Shown here: piece by piece, positions 44,179-52,346 of the stretch | How positions within the stretch are numbered: the stretch's first letter is position 1 | Layout of the letters: every line of letters begins with the position of its first letter | Assembly (NCBI GenBank): GCA_964599615.1 | Contig: CAZRGF010000005.1 | Coordinates: 6,829 to 70,828 of the forward strand | Length of the DNA stretch: 64,000 nt | Direction of reading: 5' to 3' | From: Candidatus Woesearchaeota archaeon | GTDB lineage: Archaea > Nanobdellota > Nanobdellia > Pacearchaeales > UBA284 | Notes under the pieces: model-generated | The model's database searches: none | Seen by the model: the letters and a program-made list of their open reading frames with translations, nothing else | Told to the model about the DNA's origin: nothing | Position numbers and translations under genes: made by a program

Positions 44179-45636
44179 TTAGTAACTTTTAGCAACATAA
44201 ACAACTTCAGTCGCTTTTTTTTCGCAAAATAAACATTTTCCTTTAGGAACTTCATCAATTGTGCAGATTATTTTTGCCCCTTCTGTTTTCGTTTTTATCC
44301 AATCTTCACATTCAACATTGCTGCACCATTCTGTTTTTGAAAGTTTTTTGTTTTTAATTGCTTCAATTAGTTCAGGCATAGTTTTTACAGAAACGGTATT
44401 TGCTTTAAGATTATTTTCTGCTTTTTTATACAAGCTAGAATGAATATCATCTAGGATCTTTGGGATTTCTTTTTCTAATTGAACTGTTTTTATTGCTTTT
44501 TTCTCAAAATTATCCCTTCTGCAGTAAATTACTTGTTTTTCTTTGAGATCTTTTGGACCTAATTCGAGCCTTAAAGGAATTCCCTTTAATTCAAGGTCAT
44601 TAAATTTGAATCCAGGGCTAGCTTCTCTTGAATCAATTTCAATTCTTATCTCTTGTTTTTCTAAACTTGATTTTATTTTTTCAGCTTCTTTTAAAACCTC
44701 TTTTTTTTCATCTTCTGTTTTAAAGATAGGAACAATCATGACCTGAATATCTGAAACCCTGGGGGATAGAACAAGACCTTTATTATCTGAATGCATCATT
44801 ATTGAAATCCCAATTGTTCTTAATGAAATTCCCCAAGAATTTTGCCAAGGATATTTGTCTTTTTCATCTTTATCTTTAAATTGAATATTAAATGCTTTTG
44901 CAAAATTTTGTCCTAAATTATGGGCTGTTCCTGCTTGGGCGCATCTCCCAGAGGGCAAGAAAGCTTCTATTGTCAATGTTCTGTCTGCCCCTGCAAATTT
45001 TTCTTTATTTGTTTTTATCCCCTTGATTACAGGGACAGCATACATCTCTTTGTAGACGTCTGAATAGAAATCTTGAATTTTTTCAGCTTCTTTTTCAGCT
45101 TCTTCTTTTGTTGCGAATACTGTATGCCCTTCTTGCCATAAAAATTCTCTTAATCTTATTAAAGGAACAGGATTCTTGAATTCCCATCTTACAACATTAC
45201 ACCACTGATTTATTCTTAAAGGCAAGTCTCTCCAAGAACGAATCCATTTAGCATAGGAAGGATACATTATGCTTTCTGAAGTTGGACGTATAGCTAGTTT
45301 TTCAGGTAATTTTGTGTCCCCTGTTTGGGTTACCCAAGCAACTTCTGGGGAAAAACCTTCAACATGCTCTTTTTCTTTTAATAGAAAAGATTCGGGGATT
45401 AATAAAGGGAAATAAGCATTTTTTACACCGTCTTTTTTAATTTTCTCATCAAAATATTTTTGAACTTGTTCCCAGATAAAATAACATTTGGGTCTGAGAA
45501 CATAACAACCTGAAATTGCGGTGTATTCTATTAATTCAGCTTTTTGGATTAATTGCGTAAACCAATCCGAGATTTCATCTTTTTCAGCTGTTATTCCTAA
45601 TTCATTCTTTTCTTTTGAATTTGCCATGAATTTCAA
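44179..45636 (-). CDS. proS: prolyl-tRNA synthetase (archaeal/eukaryal type)
   Basis: Class II motifs, RLREFLWQEGHT, GTAHNLGQNFAKAF, and a C-terminal Zn-like domain ending in Y. Confidence 0.92.
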   Translation of the reverse strand: MKFMANSKEKNELGITAEKDEISDWFTQLIQKAELIEYTAISGCYVLRPKCYFIWEQVQKYFDEKIKKDGVKNAYFPLLIPESFLLKEKEHVEGFSPEVAWVTQTGDTKLPEKLAIRPTSESIMYPSYAKWIRSWRDLPLRINQWCNVVRWEFKNPVPLIRLREFLWQEGHTVFATKEEAEKEAEKIQDFYSDVYKEMYAVPVIKGIKTNKEKFAGADRTLTIEAFLPSGRCAQAGTAHNLGQNFAKAFNIQFKDKDEKDKYPWQNSWGISLRTIGISIMMHSDNKGLVLSPRVSDIQVMIVPIFKTEDEKKEVLKEAEKIKSSLEKQEIRIEIDSREASPGFKFNDLELKGIPLRLELGPKDLKEKQVIYCRRDNFEKKAIKTVQLEKEIPKILDDIHSSLYKKAENNLKANTVSVKTMPELIEAIKNKKLSKTEWCSNVECEDWIKTKTEGAKIICTIDEVPKGKCLFCEKKATEVVYVAKSY

Positions 45637-45719
45637 GGAGAAGGAGATTTTTAAATTATATGTTTTAATGTTGTTCTTTAGAATATGAATGCTTAAAAAA
45701 TCTTCACGTTATTATAAAG

Positions 45720-46226
45720 ATGCCAGTTTTGATGCCAGATTTTTTGATTAAGCCTGTAGCGGGTGTTGATTTGAAGAGATTTGGCCAATTTTTAAGAACA
45801 CAAAATTTAGGGTATTTAGGCTATGAACAATGGGTAGACCAGAGATGTCTGCCCGAACTAGATGCTGGTTATAAAACTGCGTATAGTGTTTCCAGTAATG
45901 GGGTGATTGTTGGGGGAATAGTTTTTCAAAAACATAAATGTTTAATTGGGACCTTGGAAATTAAAAACTTGAGAGTTGGCACAGAATTTAGAAGAAGGGA
46001 TTTAGCCCATTTTCTAGTTAAACAAGCTGAAGTTTATGCGAAAGAGGAAAAATACAGCCAGATGATAGCGGATTTCAGGGCTGATAAAACCTATAGTCAA
46101 ACATTGTCTAATTTCTTGAAATTTTGTGGTTTTGAAGTTCTTTTTCAAGCTGAACTCTATCCCGGAGGAATTGATTACATTGTTGGAAAGAAATTAAAAC
46201 CAAAATCAGATATTTTGTATAGTTAA
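45720..46226 (+). CDS. GNAT-like acetyltransferase
   Basis: IKNLRVGTEFRRRDLAHFLVKQAEVYA resembles GNAT motif A. Confidence 0.5.
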   Translation: MPVLMPDFLIKPVAGVDLKRFGQFLRTQNLGYLGYEQWVDQRCLPELDAGYKTAYSVSSNGVIVGGIVFQKHKCLIGTLEIKNLRVGTEFRRRDLAHFLVKQAEVYAKEEKYSQMIADFRADKTYSQTLSNFLKFCGFEVLFQAELYPGGIDYIVGKKLKPKSDILYS

Positions 46227-46244
46227 TCAAGTTTTGTTTAAGAA

Positions 46245-46378
46245 ACTTGACTTCGCCAAATGCGAGGTGGGTGGTAGTAGAATGCCGGATTTTGCCTGAT
46301 TTTTCAAGAACTCTCAAAAAAACAATGATTAGATAATCAAACTAAAATAATTTACACTTATCTCTGGCGAAGTCAAGT
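46245..46378. mobile_element. MITE-like element (134 bp) with 13-bp terminal inverted repeats
   Basis: ACTTGACTTCGCC (46245-46257) and GGCGAAGTCAAGT (46366-46378). Both ends recur, inverted, at 62360-62657. Confidence 0.6.
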
Positions 46379-46480
46379 AGGAAAAATTTGCGTGGCATCT
46401 TTAAGTTAATAATCACATAGCCTCGGTTTTTAGAAAATTGTTTTGAAAATAATATTAAGACTTACAATTATCGGCTATCA

Positions 46481-46585
46481 GGGCTCAAGCGTGAAATAAA
46501 CTCTTCTTCTCTTTGCTCCCTTGTTATCTGCTCTCAAGAAAACTATTATCTTGGCTTTCTTTAAGTGTGAAGTTGACATTTAAAA
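46481..46585 (-). repeat. diverged tandem duplicate of the alaX 3' end
   Basis: 51 nt are identical (46497-46547 = 46642-46692). Flanking similarity still encodes ...RRRVYFTLE with synonymous changes and its own stop. Confidence 0.7.
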
Positions 46586-46625
46586 TAAAACTTAAAATTA
46601 TAATTAGTAACTGCGCTAACGCTTT

Positions 46626-47360
46626 TCACTCTAACGTAAAGTAAACTCTTCTTCTCTTTGCTCCCTTGTTATCTGCTCTCAAGAAAACTATTTTTCCAAC
46701 TTCTTTAGTTGATTTGACATGTGTTCCGCCGTCAGCTTGTTTGTCAAAAGATTCTATTTCAATTATCCTTATTTCTTTTAAGTTAGGGGGCAAGCCTTTA
46801 GCTAACTTACATAGGCTTTTGTCATTGGCTAACTGGTCTGAAGAAACATAATAAGATTTTGTAGGCAAGTTCCAGGAAACAATCTCATTTGCAGATTTAA
46901 TATATTCTTTGAAAGCTTCTTGGTCAAAAATCTCTAAATCAAAATCAACCCTGCTTTTGTCTACATCAAGTTGATTTCCTGTAATCATTGCTTGGGTCTG
47001 CGTGTGTATTATGGGTGAGAGAATATGCGCTGCTGTGTGCATCCTCATTAATTTGTATCTCCTGTCCCAATCTAACTGACATTTTACTTTATCCCCCTTT
47101 TTCAAACCTTCTTTATCAATTTCATGAGAAATTTTTCCTTCAAATTTTCCAGTATAAATTACATTAAATTCTGCATTGTCAGAAATTCTGATTATCTTTC
47201 CCGTATCATAGGGTTGGCCTCCGCCATTTGGATAAAAAGCGGTTTCATTGAGAACAACAGATTTGTTCGCTTTTTCTCCTTCTCCTGAAACTTCGAGAAC
47301 TTGAGCTTCCCATTCTTTGAGATAAGAATCTTCTAGGTAAAGGGCTTTTGTTTGTTCCAT
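46626..47360 (-). CDS. alaX: AlaX-type alanyl-tRNA editing protein
   Basis: MHTAAHIL (HxxxH) and ADGGTHV zinc-site motifs. Length is of AlaX-M type. Confidence 0.85.
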   Translation of the reverse strand: MEQTKALYLEDSYLKEWEAQVLEVSGEGEKANKSVVLNETAFYPNGGGQPYDTGKIIRISDNAEFNVIYTGKFEGKISHEIDKEGLKKGDKVKCQLDWDRRYKLMRMHTAAHILSPIIHTQTQAMITGNQLDVDKSRVDFDLEIFDQEAFKEYIKSANEIVSWNLPTKSYYVSSDQLANDKSLCKLAKGLPPNLKEIRIIEIESFDKQADGGTHVKSTKEVGKIVFLRADNKGAKRRRVYFTLE

Positions 47361-47513
47361 GTCTATAAGTGTTGTTATCTAATATGGTTTAGTTTATAAT
47401 GTGATTATTGAGTTCAATGACTTTATTGTCTGTATCTTAGTTACTAACTGATTAGCTTATTTTTAATTAGTGTTCTGCACTTCGTTTTTCGCAAACTCGT
47501 TAAGTTTGTTGTC

Positions 47514-47900
47514 TTAAGGATTATATTTTTTTAAATAACCCTCTGCTATGCCTGAAATTCCTTTGTCCTTTTTTGCAATTTCGAGAGCTTGTTTTACTTC
47601 ATCTGAATGGTATTTGCGGTCATGAGCTGCTAATGCACAAGCTGCTCTGAATTTAGCGTAGGGATTAGAGTCATCTTTCATAACATAATATAATCTTTCT
47701 TTCATTCCTGAAGTTAGGGCCTTAGTCTTTTCAAGAATACTCGCTGCCAAATCTCTGACATTATCTTTGAGGTGTTTTAACCCTTTTTTATATGCCCATT
47801 CAACATAAGTTTTTTTATTGCATATTTGAGGGATAGTTCTATCTACTAATCTCCAATCTTCATTTTTAGCTGCGCTGATTAAATCATCTAGTTTTGACAT
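47514..47900 (-). CDS. HEAT-repeat-like protein
   Basis: Repeated helical hairpins (DNVRDLAASILEK and NPYAKFRAACALAAHD). Confidence 0.5.
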   Translation of the reverse strand: MSKLDDLISAAKNEDWRLVDRTIPQICNKKTYVEWAYKKGLKHLKDNVRDLAASILEKTKALTSGMKERLYYVMKDDSNPYAKFRAACALAAHDRKYHSDEVKQALEIAKKDKGISGIAEGYLKKYNP

Positions 47901-47982
47901 GATATTTGTATGTGTATAACTTATTTTTATATTTTGTGTTCAAGTCTTTATTGTCCAATCTTAGTTACAGAATTTATGGTTT

Positions 47983-48714
47983 TTATACTTTTTTCCACAA
48001 TAAATCAAAGTATCCCCTGTAAGAATCTGCAATCTCCTTGTTTTTTATTAAAAAAGAGATGGGATATTCAAGAGAAACTAGAACAATGGCGACATAATCG
48101 CCAAAAATCCAAATTGTCTGGGGGTTTTGCATTTCTTTAGGAAGGAATTTATGTTCAACATATTTCATTTTCTTATGTTCTTCAAATCTTTTTTTCCCTT
48201 CTTCTGTGTTCGCTACAAGAACTTTGTAAGAAATTTTTAGTTTTTCTCGCTTTTTTGTCCAAGATTCCATAAAATAAGGTAAGACTAATGGGCCCTTTCC
48301 TGTACTTCCAATAGCAAACCATTCTTTCTTTTCTTTTAAGATTAGTTCCATGATTGTTTTCAAGCCTTCTTTTCCCTCATAAACTTCTGCTTTATACTCT
48401 GGCTTGATTCTTTCAAATTTTTCCTTCAAATCAGGCATCAAATCTCTGATTTCATTTTCTCTTTCTTTTAAAATATCTAGAATTTTTTCGGGGCTTGAAG
48501 CTTGAAAGTATTTTTTACCTGTTTTTATAGTATAACTCACAAGGCCTTTCTCAATTAATCTATTCAAGGCGTCGTAAACAGGCCTTCTATGTAATCCTGT
48601 TTTTTTTGCTAAATCGCTTGCTAAGCAAGAACCCAAGTTAAGCAAATTCAAGTATGTTTTAGTTTCATTTAAAGTGAAACCCAGTTTTTCTAGTGTTTCT
48701 TGTATTGTTGGCAT
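47983..48714 (-). CDS. TrmB-family transcriptional regulator
   Basis: LGFTLNETKTYLNLLNLGSCLASDLAKKTGLHRRPVYDALNRLIEKGLV. Start moved to the internal ATG (MPTIQETLEKLG). Confidence 0.8.
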   Translation of the reverse strand: MPTIQETLEKLGFTLNETKTYLNLLNLGSCLASDLAKKTGLHRRPVYDALNRLIEKGLVSYTIKTGKKYFQASSPEKILDILKERENEIRDLMPDLKEKFERIKPEYKAEVYEGKEGLKTIMELILKEKKEWFAIGSTGKGPLVLPYFMESWTKKREKLKISYKVLVANTEEGKKRFEEHKKMKYVEHKFLPKEMQNPQTIWIFGDYVAIVLVSLEYPISFLIKNKEIADSYRGYFDLLWKKV

Positions 48715-48775
48715 GTTAAGGGAGATGTTGTTTATTTTTGGTTTATTGATAAGTATTACATAATGCACTTATAAC

Positions 48776-48791
48776 TGGTTGTGAACAACCA
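48776..48791. promoter_or_regulatory. palindrome TGGTTGTG-AACAACCA in the trmB / radical-SAM operon divergent region
   Basis: 7 of 8 arm positions are complementary. Possible TrmB operator. Confidence 0.3.
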
Positions 48792-48970
48792 AATTTTGCT
48801 GTTCTGCGCTTCGCTTTCCATAAAATACAGGTTTAAGGCCCGTTACAAGGACAACTTTGTTATTCCGTTTAAGTTCCTTAGGGTTTTTATATTTTGTGTT
48901 GTGTGGTGCTAATTGGAACCGCAATGATTTAATAACTCTGTTTTTCTGTAGTTACTATTAAGGAGATAAA

Positions 48971-49399
48971 ATGCTATTCACATTTGCAAATTCGATTGAT
49001 TATGATACATCATCTACCCCTCACCCAATATCTGTGTCTAGTCATGTAATCTATAGAATAAAGGGAGATAAGCAAAGAGCTAAAGAAATTTACGATGAGA
49101 TTTATGACAAATTCATAAAACCTCTTAGACCAATACGAGATAAAATGCAGTATAGTCATGACTTCATCGAAGATAGGGAATACACCTGGTCTGATGATCC
49201 ACATGGCCATTTTCCAATTAAATGGAATTATGTTCAACAAGTGGGTGATGAAACTTATGTGGCATACTCTCTTTTTAGACGCGAACTTCCTATGTTGGAT
49301 AGAATAATTTTTTGTGAGAAACTTGAACAAGTTTATGAAATTAAACTTGGCAGATTTTGCCGAGAAATTGGTGATAAGAGAAAAGTGGAGGAAAAATAA
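48971..49399 (+). CDS. hypothetical protein with N-terminal FxFAxxxDYDxxxTPH motif
   Basis: AAGGAG lies 6 nt upstream. Sequence begins MLFTFANSIDYDTSSTPHP... Confidence 0.6.
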   Translation: MLFTFANSIDYDTSSTPHPISVSSHVIYRIKGDKQRAKEIYDEIYDKFIKPLRPIRDKMQYSHDFIEDREYTWSDDPHGHFPIKWNYVQQVGDETYVAYSLFRRELPMLDRIIFCEKLEQVYEIKLGRFCREIGDKRKVEEK

Positions 49400-49400
49400 A

Positions 49401-49919
49401 ATGTCCTGGTTTGTATTTGCTGACCCCCCAGATTATGACGATGATACCCCCCATATGGGATATACTCGGAATTACACTCCTGAAGAAATTGCTAAACAAA
49501 AAAAGGAGTTAGAAGAGTCAGAAAAGGAAACAGAAGCAGGCGAAAGATTGATTAGTCTGATTATGATCTTGGGATTCATAGAATGTCTTGGGCTTACTTG
49601 CCTTATATCCAAATGTAGTAATGCACACACTACTCAAAAACATAACATAAGCTATCCTGTAAAAAGTGTGGAATGGGTTAGAGAGAGTCATGATGGAACA
49701 CATCTTGAAGCACAATACTTCGAAAACGGAATTGAAAGAACACTGTATTGGGGTGGTCATCCCGATAAAATTTCACGAATGGATACTTTATCCTCAATTT
49801 CTGAACCTGAAGTAAGTCTAGATTCTACTTGCACCTATAAAACAGACCCCTCTGAAAAAATAAGGCATTTTACTCTTAGACTTCCACAGGGTTATGTTAT
49901 AAGGAGGGTGGAAAGATAA
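49401..49919 (+). CDS. hypothetical single-pass membrane protein with the same N-terminal motif
   Basis: Internal ATG preceded by GTGGAGG. MSWFVFADPPDYDDDTPHMG..., with TM segment LISLIMILGFIECLGLTCLI. Confidence 0.6.
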   Translation: MSWFVFADPPDYDDDTPHMGYTRNYTPEEIAKQKKELEESEKETEAGERLISLIMILGFIECLGLTCLISKCSNAHTTQKHNISYPVKSVEWVRESHDGTHLEAQYFENGIERTLYWGGHPDKISRMDTLSSISEPEVSLDSTCTYKTDPSEKIRHFTLRLPQGYVIRRVER

Positions 49920-49920
49920 A

Positions 49921-50043
49921 ATGACGATCCAAATAACAAATGACAAGGAAACTGAATCAGAAAAAGTGGAGAAACCACTTGAAGATAATGGGAAGTTGTT
50001 TAAGATAAATTTTGAGAAGGAAAATGAATATAACTTTAGTTGA
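49921..50043 (+). CDS. hypothetical 40-aa acidic peptide
   Basis: Not in the track. AAGGAGGG upstream. MTIQITNDKETESEKVEKPLEDNGKLFKINFEKENEYNFS overlaps the radical SAM start. Confidence 0.35.
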   Translation: MTIQITNDKETESEKVEKPLEDNGKLFKINFEKENEYNFS

Positions 50044-51463
50044 AACAAATAACCCTAACTGGGAATTTGGGGTTTATACTAGAAATAGGGGTTTAGACCC
50101 AATTTCTATTGGTTATATTGGGGCTGCTGCAAAGCAAGATGGACATAGAATAACCCTGATTCAACAAAGAGAAGAAGATTTAGAACAACTTACTGAGGAA
50201 ATTTTAGCAACAAAGCCGGATATTGTTGGATATAGTTGTATGACTTTTACTTCTGATTTTGCATTGACATTAGCAAGAAAAGTTAAGTCTAGAAAAAAGG
50301 TTGTTAATGTTGGTGGCGGTTATCATTTTTCTGCAATTGCTGAGCCAGATGTCAAAACACAATTAAAAGATTCTTGTTTAGATTATGTGGTTCTAGGTGA
50401 GGGGGAAGAATCATTTAGAGAACTAGTTAGTTGTTTAGAGAGTAAAGAAGATCCAAGAAATGTGAATGGAATTGCAATTAATGAAGGGGGCGAATTTGTT
50501 TTAACTGGACCAAGAAAAAGACTAACTATCTTAGATCAATTGCCTTGGCCAATTAGAATAAGAAAATATCTTGAAGGCACATTTATCAAGGGGGTCTGTG
50601 CTCCAACTAGCGAACAAGTTTGTGCTGCGCAAGTTTCATATTCAAGGGGGTGTGTTAATTCTTGTTCTTATTGTGCCTCTCCAACATTGTGGGGGAATAC
50701 AATTTCTACTCGTTCTGCTCAAGATACATTAAATGAAATTGAATATCTAATCAAAGAATTTGGGACAAATTCTCTTTTTTTTACTGATTTGACTTTTAAT
50801 CGTAGCAGAGAAAAAGTATTTGAGTTATGCACAGAATTCAAAAAAAGAGATTTAAATGTTGGGTGGTATGCAATGTGCAGACCAACTCCTGATGAAGAAT
50901 TATTCAAAGACATGAAATCTGCAGGATGTAACAAATTAGCTATAGGGATAGAAGCTTTAAGAGATACTACACTTAGGGATTATCATAGAAGACAGACAAC
51001 GCAGCAAACACTAGAAACTTTGAGAATTTTAGATAATCTAGGAATAAGTTCTAGGGGATATCTTATTATTGGTTGGCCTGAAGAGGATTGTGTTGGTTTA
51101 AATGATTTTATAGATAAAAACTCAAAAGTCTTAGTCCAATACGCTGAAGCAGGATTGGACATGTTAAGACTAAGTTTTTTAACCCCATTTCCAGCTTCTA
51201 CATTTTATAATACTTGTAAGGAAAATGATTTATTTTTAACAAAAGATTTTTCAAGATTTACTAGTAGTGAGCCAATTTTAAAATCAAAACTTAATCCAGC
51301 AGAATTACTTGAAGCAAGGCAAAGGTTATTCCAGGCATTTTTTGAATCTGAAGAATATTCTGCTAGTATAAGAAGTAAATTTGAAAGATTTCCTCAATTT
51401 AGAAAGCCTTTCACAGAATATTTCGCAGAATTAAAAGAAGTAGGGATAAATGTTAAGGTTTAG
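50024..51463 (+). CDS. B12-binding-domain radical SAM enzyme (class B)
   Basis: N-terminal Rossmann-like B12 domain (ISIGYIGAAAKQDGHRITLI, DIVGYSCMT). SRGCVNSCSYC is a CxxxCxxC cluster. The alternative start 50012 is possible. Confidence 0.85.
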   Translation: MNITLVETNNPNWEFGVYTRNRGLDPISIGYIGAAAKQDGHRITLIQQREEDLEQLTEEILATKPDIVGYSCMTFTSDFALTLARKVKSRKKVVNVGGGYHFSAIAEPDVKTQLKDSCLDYVVLGEGEESFRELVSCLESKEDPRNVNGIAINEGGEFVLTGPRKRLTILDQLPWPIRIRKYLEGTFIKGVCAPTSEQVCAAQVSYSRGCVNSCSYCASPTLWGNTISTRSAQDTLNEIEYLIKEFGTNSLFFTDLTFNRSREKVFELCTEFKKRDLNVGWYAMCRPTPDEELFKDMKSAGCNKLAIGIEALRDTTLRDYHRRQTTQQTLETLRILDNLGISSRGYLIIGWPEEDCVGLNDFIDKNSKVLVQYAEAGLDMLRLSFLTPFPASTFYNTCKENDLFLTKDFSRFTSSEPILKSKLNPAELLEARQRLFQAFFESEEYSASIRSKFERFPQFRKPFTEYFAELKEVGINVKV

Positions 51464-51474
51464 GGGAGAATAAA

Positions 51475-51729
51475 ATGACTTTCAAAGATTTTTATGAAAA
51501 AAAGATCATAGCAGGCGTTTTCGCATTTGCTTCTATGCAATCTTTAGTGGGATATTATCTTATGTATACTTATCGAGGTACACCCCTTGACTTGAGTGGG
51601 CAGATATTGTGGGGTACAGGATTTGCGGTTTCTTCTGGATTAGGTCTTCAGATGTGTAAAGTAGTTATGGATCAACAGAGTGAGATATCCGATTTAGTAA
51701 AGAAACTTTACAAAAAAGAGGAGGACTGA
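51475..51729 (+). CDS. small two-TM membrane protein
   Basis: GGGGAG upstream and two hydrophobic segments. Confidence 0.5.
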   Translation: MTFKDFYEKKIIAGVFAFASMQSLVGYYLMYTYRGTPLDLSGQILWGTGFAVSSGLGLQMCKVVMDQQSEISDLVKKLYKKEED

Positions 51730-51744
51730 AGGAGATTATTGAAG

Positions 51745-52257
51745 ATGACCATCAATGAAAAAATAAATCAACTTTTAAAAGAAAGATTTGATCAAATTCG
51801 ACAGAAGCAGATGAAATATGAAGAAGAAATAAAGGCTAGGGCAATGCAAAGTAGAGAAAGAAGGGAGTATTTAATTAAAGAAGCTCAAAAATGTATAGAG
51901 ATACTGGAAAAAGTAGCAAAAAGGAGTGAGATAGTAAATTACTCAAAAGAATTTGGGCCAGTTAAACTTGTTAGATTATGTAATAATCATTGGTTTTTTG
52001 CAGAGTTTGGAGAAATATTCAACTGTTCTGATTATGACGCTAGTTTTAGAGAAGGTTCACGTTACATGCTCTCAAAGAATAATGATCGTCAGGCTTCTTG
52101 GGGTTATGGCGGGATTACAGAAGATGATTTAAAGAGATTAGCTTCATTAGATGAAGAAACTGCACTTCTAGCGGTTTATTATAATTTGGGAGAAGTTGGT
52201 GGTCTGAAAACAGAACTTTCACTTGAACAAAAAAGGAAAATCAAACCATACCTATAG
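51745..52257 (+). CDS. hypothetical protein (coiled-coil N-terminus; contains CSDYDASF)
   Basis: ATG lies 10 nt after AAGGAG; the track start 51739 is TTG. Confidence 0.55.
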   Translation: MTINEKINQLLKERFDQIRQKQMKYEEEIKARAMQSRERREYLIKEAQKCIEILEKVAKRSEIVNYSKEFGPVKLVRLCNNHWFFAEFGEIFNCSDYDASFREGSRYMLSKNNDRQASWGYGGITEDDLKRLASLDEETALLAVYYNLGEVGGLKTELSLEQKRKIKPYL

Positions 52258-52346
52258 ATGTATAAAGAGAGTTAAATGTTTTCAAGAAAACATTTAAGTA
52301 GTATTTTTCATATAACTTTTTACTAAAAACGAGGCAAGTTTGAATC

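Noticed and set aside
46108-46317. 69-aa minus-strand ORF
   Set aside because: It runs from the antisense of the GNAT gene end into the MITE-like element, with no RBS, so it is probably spurious.
47910-48140. 76-aa plus-strand ORF
   Set aside because: It is antisense to the 3' part of the TrmB gene and is hydrophobic low-complexity sequence.
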